Below, one piece after another: positions 1 through 11,100 of a stretch of 64,000 nucleotides of DNA (positions are counted from its first letter, which is position 1; each line of letters starts with the position of its first letter). This DNA comes from Planctomycetota bacterium. GTDB taxonomy: Bacteria; Planctomycetota; UBA8108; SXIK01. The stretch lies in the NCBI GenBank assembly GCA_965223265.1, contig OZ244999.1:4288001-4352000 (forward strand), read 5' to 3'. The notes below the pieces were generated by a model. The model worked only from the letters and a program-made list of their open reading frames with translations, was not told where the DNA came from and searched no databases. A program made the position numbers and the translations under genes.

Positions 1-504
1 CCGCACCAGCGCGCGATTCCGCGTGCCGAGATAGCCATCGAGCACACCGTCCCCGTCGGCGTCGAGTATCACGGGCGCGTTGCCGAGCTTGGAGTCTGTC
101 GAGTCCCATTGCCGTAGCACGTTCCCTGCCGGGTCGAGCACGTAGAGTCGTCCCGGAGTGGATACGGAGTAGAGAATCTCGAACGTGCCGTCGCCGTCAA
201 TGTCGAACACGGAAAGAGACTGCTGCTTGCCTGGGAGCTTCCGCTCCCAACGCACAGCCCCATCGGCAGCTTCGAGAAGCTGCAGCTTCTCGGTACGTCT
301 CGATGCAAAGAGGATGGCGCGGCGGCGGTTTTGTTCGTAGTCGACGCAGCTTGCCGCCTGGCAAAAACTCGCGTCGCGGATTTGGTACTGGAGGCGGAGC
401 ACTCCTTTGGGGTTCTCGTTTGCCAAAGCACCCCCTTCGCTCACAAGAGCCGCGAGGGCAAAAACGAAGTGGAGGATCCTGGTCGTGGCTCGGTGCACCA
501 ACAT
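1..504 (-). CDS. Secreted FG-GAP/VCBS-like repeat protein (5' part; runs off the window start)
   Basis: Not in the ORF track. Manual translation from ATG 504 gives MLVHRATTRILHFVFALAALVSEGGALA (signal-like), then VFDIDGDGTFEIL and ILDADGDGVLDGY, which are DxDGDG Ca-binding FG-GAP motifs. Confidence 0.75.
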   Translation of the reverse strand, partial: MLVHRATTRILHFVFALAALVSEGGALANENPKGVLRLQYQIRDASFCQAASCVDYEQNRRRAILFASRRTEKLQLLEAADGAVRWERKLPGKQQSLSVFDIDGDGTFEILYSVSTPGRLYVLDPAGNVLRQWDSTDSKLGNAPVILDADGDGVLDGYLGTRNRALVR

Positions 505-574
505 GTGCCGGATGCCTTGTCTCTTCCGTCCTGCTTCAGGGAGACGAACGAATGCTCACGCGATGCGGCGACGA

Positions 575-1255
575 TCAGCTCTTCTTACCCCGCAGCGGCG
601 TCAGCTCGACCGTACGAAAGTGAATCTCGCCACCTTCCGATTGCAGCCCGATCTGGCCGGCGCGGACGTCGCAGCCGTTTGCCTGGTTCACCTTCTTACC
701 GTTGAGGATGACCGTGATCTTGTCGCCGTCAACGGTGATCTCGTACTTGTTCCACTCGCCAGGCTCTTTCTCGTTGCCTTCGATCTTCTTCAAACCTCTC
801 AAGTAGCCAGCGACTTTGGCGTTGTCGAATCGTCGCTCTTTCGCACCGTCGATCTTGAAGCCTTGGAAACCGTACATATCGCCGGCGCTACCACCCAGAA
901 GCTGAGCCTCGACGCAGTTCGGCAGCATGGTCGGTTTGCCGGTGATTCTCATGAGCACGCCGCTGTTGCCCGGTTTCGTTCCTGCTGGCCAGCGCCACTC
1001 GACGACGAGCTTGTAGCTCTCGTATTTCTTCTTTGTGCACAGGTATCCCATCGGCTTTCCCTTGCAGACGAGGATACCGTCCTTGACGCTCCACACGTCT
1101 TCCATCTTCGCTTTGTCATCGACGAGAAAGTGTTCCCAGCCAGAAAGATCTTTGCCGTTGAAGAGTTTGACCGTCTTCGTATCGGCCGCGCAGACGGAAA
1201 TCACGAGGAAGATAGGCAGGCTGATCGCAGCCATCAAAGTGATGCCTCGAAGCAT
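575..1255 (-). CDS. DUF1080 (3-keto-disaccharide hydrolase family) secreted protein
   Basis: Signal peptide plus LFNGKDLSGW, GNSGV, GEWNKYEI and GQIGLQSEG motifs. Start trimmed to MLRGITL at 1255. Confidence 0.9.
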   Translation of the reverse strand: MLRGITLMAAISLPIFLVISVCAADTKTVKLFNGKDLSGWEHFLVDDKAKMEDVWSVKDGILVCKGKPMGYLCTKKKYESYKLVVEWRWPAGTKPGNSGVLMRITGKPTMLPNCVEAQLLGGSAGDMYGFQGFKIDGAKERRFDNAKVAGYLRGLKKIEGNEKEPGEWNKYEITVDGDKITVILNGKKVNQANGCDVRAGQIGLQSEGGEIHFRTVELTPLRGKKS

Positions 1256-1372
1256 GAAGCTCTCCTTACAGATCCATTGCCGAAAAATCGTGGTGCCGCC
1301 GCGCCGATCGACGCTCACCTGCGCGGCAGAGACTCGTAGAGACTCGTAGAGTCGTTGTTGCCGCAAGGAATG

Positions 1373-1963
1373 TCAAGGCGAGTGTGGAGGCGTCTCCATT
1401 CGCTGTTGTCCATCTCGTTCGCACAAGTAGACACGGTCGGCGTGGGTGTACCCAGGGAGAACTACGTCGTCGGTGTAGACCATACCGATCTTCTCGGCCA
1501 CGCGAATCGAGCGCCAGTTGTCGGGATCGATCAGCGACACCAAGCGCCGGAGACCCAATTGCCCGAAAGCGACATCCCGCACCGCGGTGGCACCTTCGGT
1601 GGCTAACCCGGAGCCCCAGAACGCCCTAGCCAAGCGATAGCCGAGCTCGATTTCAGGCCGTCCGTTGATGTCATCAAAGCGCGTGAGTCCGCAGTATCCG
1701 ACGGGGGTATTCATCTCGTGCGGCACCGTCGCCCAAAGACCAAAGCCCCAGAGGTCATACGTCTCGATGGTGCGGTCAATCCATGTCTTCACCCAGTCGA
1801 CGGCCTGAACGCCACGGCCGAACCGCATCACCTCCGGATCCCCGAATACGTGAAGCATCGGCTCCACGTCAGCGTGATGAAAGCGCCGGATGACGAGACG
1901 CTGCGACTTGACGCTGACCATAGGCTCCTGCGACAACTCCTGACCTTTCCGTTGGCGATGCAC
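1373..1963 (-). CDS. GNAT N-acetyltransferase, RimJ/RimL family
   Basis: RLVIRRF, EIELGYRLARAFWGSGLATE and NWRSIRVAEKIGM motifs. True start may be MVSVKS. Confidence 0.9.
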   Translation of the reverse strand: MHRQRKGQELSQEPMVSVKSQRLVIRRFHHADVEPMLHVFGDPEVMRFGRGVQAVDWVKTWIDRTIETYDLWGFGLWATVPHEMNTPVGYCGLTRFDDINGRPEIELGYRLARAFWGSGLATEGATAVRDVAFGQLGLRRLVSLIDPDNWRSIRVAEKIGMVYTDDVVLPGYTHADRVYLCERDGQQRMETPPHSP

Positions 1964-2148
1964 CCATCTTGACGTCAGAATCTAACCGTCACCTCGCTGC
2001 GACTGAAGCGGTTCGCAACTCGGAGGCTGAGTCTTCCGAGTGAATCGCCCGCTCTTCGACGATGGTCGTGCAGCCGAAAACCGGGCCTTCACGTCCGAAC
2101 CTGATTCTTCACATTCCCGATCGTGGGTCCTCAGAAAAAGGAGGGAAT

Positions 2149-5100
2149 ATGTCGGTTCGATCTTGTGTGTTGTCCGGAGCGCGACGGTGGGCTGTTGTTA
2201 CCTCACTGGGAACGCTGCTCGTCGCACTCTCGTCCACTCCATCGTTGGCACAGGCGTCCGCGGACAACCCCGGCGCGAGAGACGACGAGGACCGGGCCGA
2301 AGCCGAAGATCGAGTCGTTCGTGGCAACGAAAAAGCTCGCAAGTACTTCCAGGTCCTGCAGCGCCGTCCCAGCCCAGGCTATCTCTTCGACCGGTTCTAT
2401 AATGCCTGGCTCGATACCGACTCGATCGCAGGCCTCGAAGGCTTTCTAACGTCTGCCGTCGAGACCGAAGAGACGACAGCCAATCGTCTCCTTCTCGCGT
2501 TCTTTTACGCTAAGCAGGGTGAAAACGTCCGCGCGCTCGAGCACTTTCGCACGGCGCTCGAGAAGGACCCAGGCAGCGCCGAGACGTGGTACCAGAAGGC
2601 GCTGGTTGAACAGCGTACGCTCGATTTCGACACCGCGATCAAAGACCTCGAGCATGCCGCAGCCGCGCATCCGAAGGCAGATCTCGAGCGTGACATCCTC
2701 CAGCTTCAGGGTCGCCTGCATGCCCGTAGTGGTCACACCGACAGAGCTCAGAGGGTCTGGGGACAGCTTCTGGAAAAAAACCCGGGCGACGAGGAGCTGC
2801 AAGAAGACCTCATCGAGCTCCAGGTCGCTGAAGGGCTCTATAAGTCCGCCCTCGCGACCGCCGAGTCGCTCGTGGCGATGACAAAGGATCCGTACGTGGC
2901 CATCCTCCGTCGCCTGCGAGTCGGTGACATTCACCAGATCGCCGGTCAGCGCGAGCAAGCACTCGCGGCGTACGCAAGTAGTCTGGACAAAGTCGGCAGC
3001 GACACATGGCTCGAGAAGGAGATTCTCCGCCAAATCGATCGAGTCTTCCGTCGAGAAGACGACATCACTGGCCTAGAGAAGTTTCTTCAGCAGCTTGTCG
3101 CGAAGCACCCCAAACGAGTCGGCCTGCAGCGAAAGCGTGTCGATGTGCTTGTCGAGCTTGGTGAGGGGCAAGCTGCTGCCAAAGCATTCGCCGAAATCCT
3201 CAAGGTCACGCCTGGGGATCGAGCCGTCCGAGAGGACTACGTCGACATGCTAGCCCGGGCTGCGCTGCTCGGCAAGGCGATCGAACAACTGGAGCGCCTC
3301 CTCGAGCAGCATCCCGACGATGCAGAGCTTTTCGTCAAACTAGCGCAATTGCAACACGACAACAAGAGCCCGGGCGCCGCCAAATCGACGCTGCAGCGTT
3401 ACCTGGCAACCTCGGACGGCTCCGAATATGCGCACTTGCGGACGGCACGACTCATGGAGCGGTTCGGGCAGAAAGCATCTGCCGACACCGTGTTCCAAAG
3501 ACTCCTGAAGGCGTTTCCTGAGAGCGAGGGTGCGCGCGACGCGTACGCAGCATTCCTGCACCGCGTTGATCGAAAGCGGGAAGCAATCGACGTGTGGAAA
3601 GAGCTCGCCGGCGGCGCCGACCGCGAACGGCTCGTCCGCGTCGCCCGGGCACTTTCCTCGCGCGGAGAAAACGAGGCGGCGTTCGATCTATTGTACGAAC
3701 GACTCGAAGACTTGAGGAACGACTCGACCTATCTCACTCAGCTCTGCACCGTCGCCATCAGTGTAAAAAAGTTCAAGGAAGCCATGCCTTGGGTGCGGCG
3801 GCTGGTAGCTCAAGCCGAGACACCACTCGACGTAGAGAACGCCGTCGCGCGTGCCGCGCTGGTCGCAGAGCGCGCGGACATGATCGACGACCTGTCTCAA
3901 GAGCTGACCACGTCCGAGCTTCCACAAGAGATTTGTCTTCTGGCGAACCTGTACGAACGGACCGGCGACTCCAAACGAGCCGAAGAAGCACTAGCGCGCA
4001 TCGGGGAAGTCGAACCGTTGTTGACAGCGACGCAAAGGGTTCAGCTCTTTCGCCACAGGAGAGACTACGAGCGCGCCGCGAAGGAGGCCGCAGCACTCGT
4101 CGGCCTTCCGGGCGGCCGCCGCGTTGCGAACGTGCAAAAGGTCGTCGAGCTATTCAAGCGCGCGCACGACCTGGAGAGTGCACTCGAGTGGATTCCAGAG
4201 TGGAAGAAGCTCACGCCAGGCAGCACCCTGCCGTGGCTCTCGGAAGCAAAGCTGCAGTTAGCTGACGGTCGCAACGCCGAGGCGGTGGATGTTCTCCGGC
4301 GCGCCGCACAGCAGTTCGACGGCGACGCCGAAATCCGTGCAGCCCTCGCCGGAATGTACGCTGCTGACGGCAAGCTCGCAGACGCGGAGCGCATCTACCT
4401 TCAGCTCTACGAGGAAAGCGAAAGCGTCACCACGAAGTTGCGCTGGGTGCAGGAAATCGCGCGGATCGCAGAGATGCGAGGCACATCAGGCGCCTTGATC
4501 GAACAGTTCGAGGAACGCCGGAAGAACAACCGCACGTCCATCACGCCCCTCCTTGCGCTGGCAGAGATCTACCGCGAAAGCGACGACTACGAGGGCCGTC
4601 GTAGAGTGCTACTGGAGGCGGCGCGCCTCAAGCCGCAGAACCTCGACCTGCTTCTAGCGATCGCGCGCGTCGAGGAATCGGAGCAGGAGTACGACCGCGC
4701 GCTCTCGACACTCGAGTCAGCTGTCAAGGTCGCTCCCGAGGCGGAGAGAAACCGCATCCGCGAGCGCATCGCAAGACTCCACTTCGGCGCCGGAGAGGAT
4801 GAAGAAGGCTTCCACGTGCTCCAGGAGATCGCCGGAGGGGACAATCTCGACTCGACGATAGTCGAGAACCTCGCGCAATCGATGATGGGAATCGGCGACT
4901 GGACCGCGGCCGCCGAATTCCTGCGGCCATTCGTCGAGAAACTTCCTGATCAATACCGGATCGGCTACCTCTACGCCGTCGCACTCGAGGAAGACCGGCA
5001 AGAGTCCGCAGCGCTCGCTGTCTTCTCCGAGCTCCTGAGGGTCGTTGAAGAGCCGCAGCCTGAGAACTCGCCCAGTCCTCCCTCGTCGACCTCAGGACGA

Positions 5101-8100
5101 TTTCAGTATCTTGAGAGCCTGCGGCAGCTGGTGCCAGAGGCGACGATCGAGATCGTGAGGCTTCAGAATTCGACCCGCGCGGCGTACCAGCATCGGCAGG
5201 AGTCGAGGCGCAGGTTCCACTCTACCCGAGTGGTCTCACCGGCGACCGTCAACATGCCGCACGACATCGACGCGCTGCACAGCTTTTGCCTCGTCCATCT
5301 CTCCACGCTCGCTCAACAGCTCGACGAAGACGGGGTCGCAGGGATCAAGGCGAGTCTCGTCGGGGCCGGCATTCCCTTCGCCAAGTATTTCTCCGACATC
5401 GACTTGGAGACGCTCCGCCGCGGTCGCGTCCTTGGTCTTCTTGAAAAGTATCCGAATGACGAAGCCATTATGGCGTTGGCTCTCATCACTCAGCGAAGCG
5501 ACCGAACGCAACTAGATGTTCAGCAGCTACAGACCGCCGCCAAGATGTTCGAAAAGAACCTGCCTGAATTGGTCTATCTGGCCGGTCTGGCGGCCGCCAG
5601 CATCGTGGAGAGCGAAGACGTCGCTATCAAAGAGCTGATCGAGAAGTCTCTTCGGACTGCCGACACGATCGAGAGTCCGAGCATGCAAACGCTGTCTGCG
5701 ACTCTGCGGGCAGTGGGAAGTCCAGGGTTCGGCACACCGTCTGCTCCTTCTCTCTCGGAGGCCCAAAAGAAGACGCTCGTCAGGCGGCTCGTCGACTGGT
5801 ACCCAAAAGTCAACCACCCGAACACATCAGCCTCGTGGGTCTTTCCTAACATTGCTGGAGCGCTCGCCAACTCCGAAGGCGTCGAAGCGCTTCTGGCGTT
5901 TCTTGACGAGGAGGTCGCCAAACCAGCGTCACGGCAGTCGACCCCGGCGTCGAGGCATGCCCGCAGGATGGTTTTCGGCCGGAGAGGCAACGAGCTGTTG
6001 CTCGTGCCACTGACCTTTCCGCCAAGTTTCCTCGTCGAATTTCCGTCGCACGTCCTGGAAGTCGTCGCCGACGACGGAAACCATCGATACCGCCAGATTC
6101 TTGGCGAAGCGCTAAACCTTGACGCCGACGCACTCCAGCGCCACGTCGACCAGCTGAAGTCGCCGATCCTGCGCGCCCTTCTTGCTCACCGAGCTGTAAT
6201 GACGGATGCCGCAAAAAAAGCCGTGCGGTCGCTCGTCGAAGCCAAGGAACCGAGCATCGACGGGCTTCTTCTTGCCGCCGCCTACGCCGCCGACGTCGAC
6301 GAGGACCTTCCCGCTGCGGTGGAGTACGCCAAGCGCGCCAGATTCCTGCCGATGACGCGCGCTCTTCGCCGTCGCCTGGACGCCGCGATCCTCGCCTGGA
6401 GCGTCGCCGGACTGAGTGGCGACTTCAAGGCAGACGAGCCAATCAAGACCGCCGGCCGCGACGCTGCGCTGCGCCTGCGGCGTGCTCCCCTGGCAGCCAG
6501 CGAACGTGAGGAATTGGTGGCGGCGCTCGAGCAATTAGAACTGTCCGACGAGGCGCGGAAACTCGAAGCACGGGTCGTGCCCGCTGCCAAAACGCCTGGG
6601 CTCCGCGTGCGGTCACGATCCCCTTTTCGACCTCAAAGCCAATCGCGTGTGCAAAAGCTGCTGACGGCCGGTGAGCGCGACCGGGCGCTCGCCATTCTAG
6701 CGTCAGACCTCAAACGATTCGCCAGCTCTGGCCTTCAACCGCAGAGCGCCTTTCGGAGCCAGTACGACCTGGAGAAGTGGCTGGCCCAGATCGCGGCCCA
6801 CGACCTCGGCGACGAGCTCCTCAAGCAAGTCGATCCCGGCGCCAACGCCGGCCCGCGGCGGATGGCACAGTTCGCTTACGCCTGCGAAGTCCTCGGCCAA
6901 AAGGAGAAGGCGCGGGAGATTTACACCGAGGTCGCCGCAGAGCGCCGAAAGGACATGGGTGTTCGTCTTCGCCTCGTCGCGCTGACGCTTGAATCCGACC
7001 TGGCGGCGGGGGCTGACATGCTGACAACGCTTGACCCTTTCACGATGGAGATTCTGGGACAATACATGTACGGCGTTGTTCATAGTGACACCCTCCCATA
7101 CGCCCAGCGTCTTGCCCACGTCGAAACGGTGGTGAGCGCTGCCTTGCGAACCAAGAACAGCTCGAATTCTTCTCTCCAATGGATCATCAGGCTGTTGGAT
7201 TCACTCGACAGGATGCGCCACGTCGACGGCGTCCACATCGGCGGCGTCTACGATGTTGAAGATCGAACGAGCACGCCGCGCGATGAGGCGCGTCAAGAAA
7301 AGATCGACGGGCTGCGCAAGCAGCGCCGCGAGGTGCACGACCGGCTCTGCCGCGCCCTCCTCGGCGCGCCGCAGCTGGCACGCGAGGGGTTTCGGCGCCT
7401 TTCCGGCTTCATGGTGCAGGAGGGCCAAGACGCCGACGCGTTTCGGTTGGCCAAAGACGCGATACTCGCGCCTTCCACGGGACCGGGAGCAGACCACGGT
7501 CGACTCGCGTTTCTATCCCGCCATCATGGGTCCGAAGTCAACAAAATCCCCATGTGGGAAGCCGAGCAGTTCGTCGTCCTCCACGCCTACAAAGAAGGAG
7601 ACCGATCGCTCATCGAGCAGGACATCGCGACTGTATTGGAAGGGCGGAAGGGACGAACGAACCACCTCGTCGCAGAAGCCTTGCGCAAGGATTTGGACCT
7701 CTACTTCACGGCGCCGGAAGACTTTCTCGACCACGCACGGCAGCGATGCGAAGAGGCGAGGCGCGGGACTCACGGCTCCAAGGGAACTGGCGGCGTCCTC
7801 ACCACCGTCGTGGAGGCGTGGAAAGTCCGCGAGCTCGACGTCGACCTCTCGGGCTTCCTGTTCAAGGAGCTGATCGATACCAGAAACCAGGGCCGTGTTG
7901 ACTCTCACGTCCTCGTTTTCACACTCATGCTCGAGATTCACCGACGCCGGGGTGAGGAAGCGATTGGAGAAGCCCTCGAACAGCTCGCCGGGGTTTATCT
8001 CGGTCCAAAAACTGAGCGCGCGGCACTGTTCGAGAAACACTTCGACCCCACCTCGATGCAACACGGCACGCGCAACGCGACCCTTCACGAATACTTGCGA

Positions 8101-11100
8101 ATTGTCGAACAGCTCTCACGAGACTCCCGGCTCTTTTACACCATCGCGGAGCACTACGAGACGGATGTCCAGCCACTTCTGGGCAGTCAGCGCCGGAACA
8201 TTTGGCCACAGAGTCACCCACTGCTAGATCGTACGACCTACACAGACTTCGAGACGGCGACGGAGCTCCTCGAAGCTTCGCCCCTCATCAAAGATGGAGC
8301 TGAAGTCCGTTTCTATTTGGCGCGACGTGGAAACCTTAGGGACAGTTTCTTCGTTCAAGTTGCTTCACAGATGCAGAGTCTTGAAGCCGAGCCGATGAAG
8401 AAGTATGTCACGTTCTTCAGAGCGCAAAACACACTGGGCGGTTCGCTTCTAGCAGCACTCGTTGCCCGCGAACCGAGCTCCTGGAATGCGTTTCTAGAGA
8501 ATCATCGACCGGGCATCAAAGCGCAGCCCCCCAGACGCCTAGCTCAGCTGTCACGATTCGTTCGAGAAGAGATGTCGGCTTGGGTCGACGTCGCGAAGCT
8601 ATCTCCCGATGCAGTCGCAACGCTCGAATGGATGAAGAGCCAAGGCGATAGCTCCCTTGAAGACAAAATCGAGAGGTTGCTAGCGGCCTACAGATTAACC
8701 GACCTCAAGATTCAGCCCCACGAGCTAGACGATCGAGCGCGGGAGTATCTCAAAGCCCTTCTGCCCCAGGAACCGAAGAAAGCCGCGAGAGTGTTCTGGA
8801 AGGCCACGGAGCTCATGCGGAACGCCCAGAGAACAAACCGCTGGCACATGTCGTACGGTGACGACCGGACTTTCTCAGGAAACCTGTTGGAGAGCCTCCT
8901 CTCCGACGATAACCGCAGCGCGGCTTTGGGGTTCGTCTACGAAATCTTGGCAGCGCCGAACCCCATCGTCAAAGTCGAGGCCCCGAGAACCTCCGCGCTT
9001 GAGATGAGCTTACGTCACCTTAAGCGCACGCCCCGTCGCAACAAACGCACCAGTGCCGAGGCCGATCGCGACGCGCTGCGGGAGGCGGTGGCAAAGGTGG
9101 CAGACGTTCTTCCAGCAAAACATTGCCACTTGGCGACACCGGCGCTTTTCGGACTGCTCCAGACGTTCGTCACGTCAGACAGCACTCGCAATCAAGAGAT
9201 CTTGGAATTACTGAAGGAGGAATCACAACGCGAGAATTTTCCGGAGCTCGCAAAGCAGCTTCATGTCGTCGCAACCGCCCTCGCACTCAAATCGAGTCCC
9301 GGCGGCGCCGCGCCAGAAGAGCGCGAGGCTGGCCTCAAGGAAGTGTCGCGGCGATTTCTTGAAAACCTTCGCGATCCAACGATCCGTGTTGACCTCCGAC
9401 TCCGCATCGCAGCGTCCGTGGTGCATCACTGCGGTGACGTTCTGCCGTTCGCCGTCACGGCGGCGGCGGTGGATGTTTTGGAGGCGGCTTGGTCGCAGAG
9501 GAGCGTGGTCTCCCGTGACGATGTCCGTCGCGTCATAAAGCACTTTCTCCATCCCGTCCACGAACGAGACGACCTTTGGCAAACCAGCGGCAAGAAATTC
9601 GTTCAAGCGTGGAAGAAGAAAGTTCTCCTGCGCCCGTCGGATCGAGGCGGACATTCGTCCTATCGAGATCAAGAGATTCTGCAGACAGCGCTCAAATTGT
9701 GCTTCCACCTCGGCGACGAGCAGAGCGTGAATCAGATCTTGGCTAGGTCCTCGGACCAGCTCGACGGCGGCTGGCTCGTCTTTTTCATCCGCTCGGGCAC
9801 GCCGGAGCAAGTGACGCGAATTCTCATGCGTGGGTGGGAACGGCTCGACTGGCGCTCCGGCAGTCGAGACCCCAAGGTCGCGGTATTCGATGACGAAATC
9901 GCGGCGAAACTGCCCGAGCTGGTCGAGGGTCTGGAGAGCCCGGAGATGAAGCTCTTCCTCGAGGCCTTCGTCAAATCGCTGCCAGATGCGAGCACGAATG
10001 CTCAAGCGAATCCTCAGCAGAAGCCCTCGCCGCCGAGCGCGACGCGGCAACCTGAGTCGCACTCGAAAGAGCAGGAGAAAGAATCCGAACCGCCGCCCAA
10101 ACTTCCCTCACGCGACGAGCGACTGGTCGAGCTGAGCGAGCGCGTCAATCAACATGAATTTCAAAACGTTCTGATCCGAGACGCCGTCTTCAGCTTCCTT
10201 GTCGAGTCGGCCTTGGCGGCACAAATCATGGCGGACAAGATCAAGCAAGTGGCACCTGCCGTGTCGCCGCTGACATTCATGACGCGACGCAGTGGCAGCG
10301 GTCTCAGCCAGGCGCAGCGATCACAAAAGCAAAAGCTCTTCGCGGCGCACCTTCGCTTGTCGCTTCAGAGCGGGCCAGAGAGCGCTCTCGAGACCCTCGC
10401 TGCGATCGAGCGAGTCCAAGTGCAAAACTCTGTTCACATTCGCCGGCGAGCGATCCAGCACCTGGTGCGATCGCTTCGCGAAGCGTTTCGATCTGACGCC
10501 TCCGACTGGACGCCGGAGGCGCGCCGCAAGAACGCAGGATTCTGGACTGCGGTTCTGTCGATCAAGGATCCCTACCAGACGCTGCGCCACGAATTCACGA
10601 CAATCGCGGCGCATGGGCTCGTCTACTCGACACTCGAAGGCGGCGAAACCGCCAGCGACTTCCAGAACGCGTTTTCGGCGCTCGATGAGACCACGCACGA
10701 GCGTCTGACCCAGGATTACGGATTTTCCGAAACCGTTCTGCGAGAAATCTCCCACGCGATGAAAGGGCGCGACATCCCACGAGAGGTGCGCCGCGCGGCC
10801 GCGCTCTCGTGGCTCAGCCATCCCGCCTTCGAAGGCTCCCTCGCGCACCACGGGGGAGCCCAAACATCGGTGTTTCAACGCCTCGTTTCGGCGAAGCTTC
10901 TCAGCGAAGAAGAGCTACTCCACATCGGCACGCAGCTGGTCAAAGCCTCTCCCCGAGAGGGAAATGCAGCCTCGGAGCTGGCGAAGTTTCAAGTGAATGC
11001 AAAGCAGTTCGAGGCCGCACTCGAAACATACCGCGAAGGAATCCGCTACTTGCCACCGACGAGCAAAGGGCGCTACTCGCGCTTCCACGTCGAGCAGGCG

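Noticed and set aside
1329-1351. 10-bp tandem duplication GACTCGTAGA
   Set aside because: Single short intergenic duplication with no associated element.
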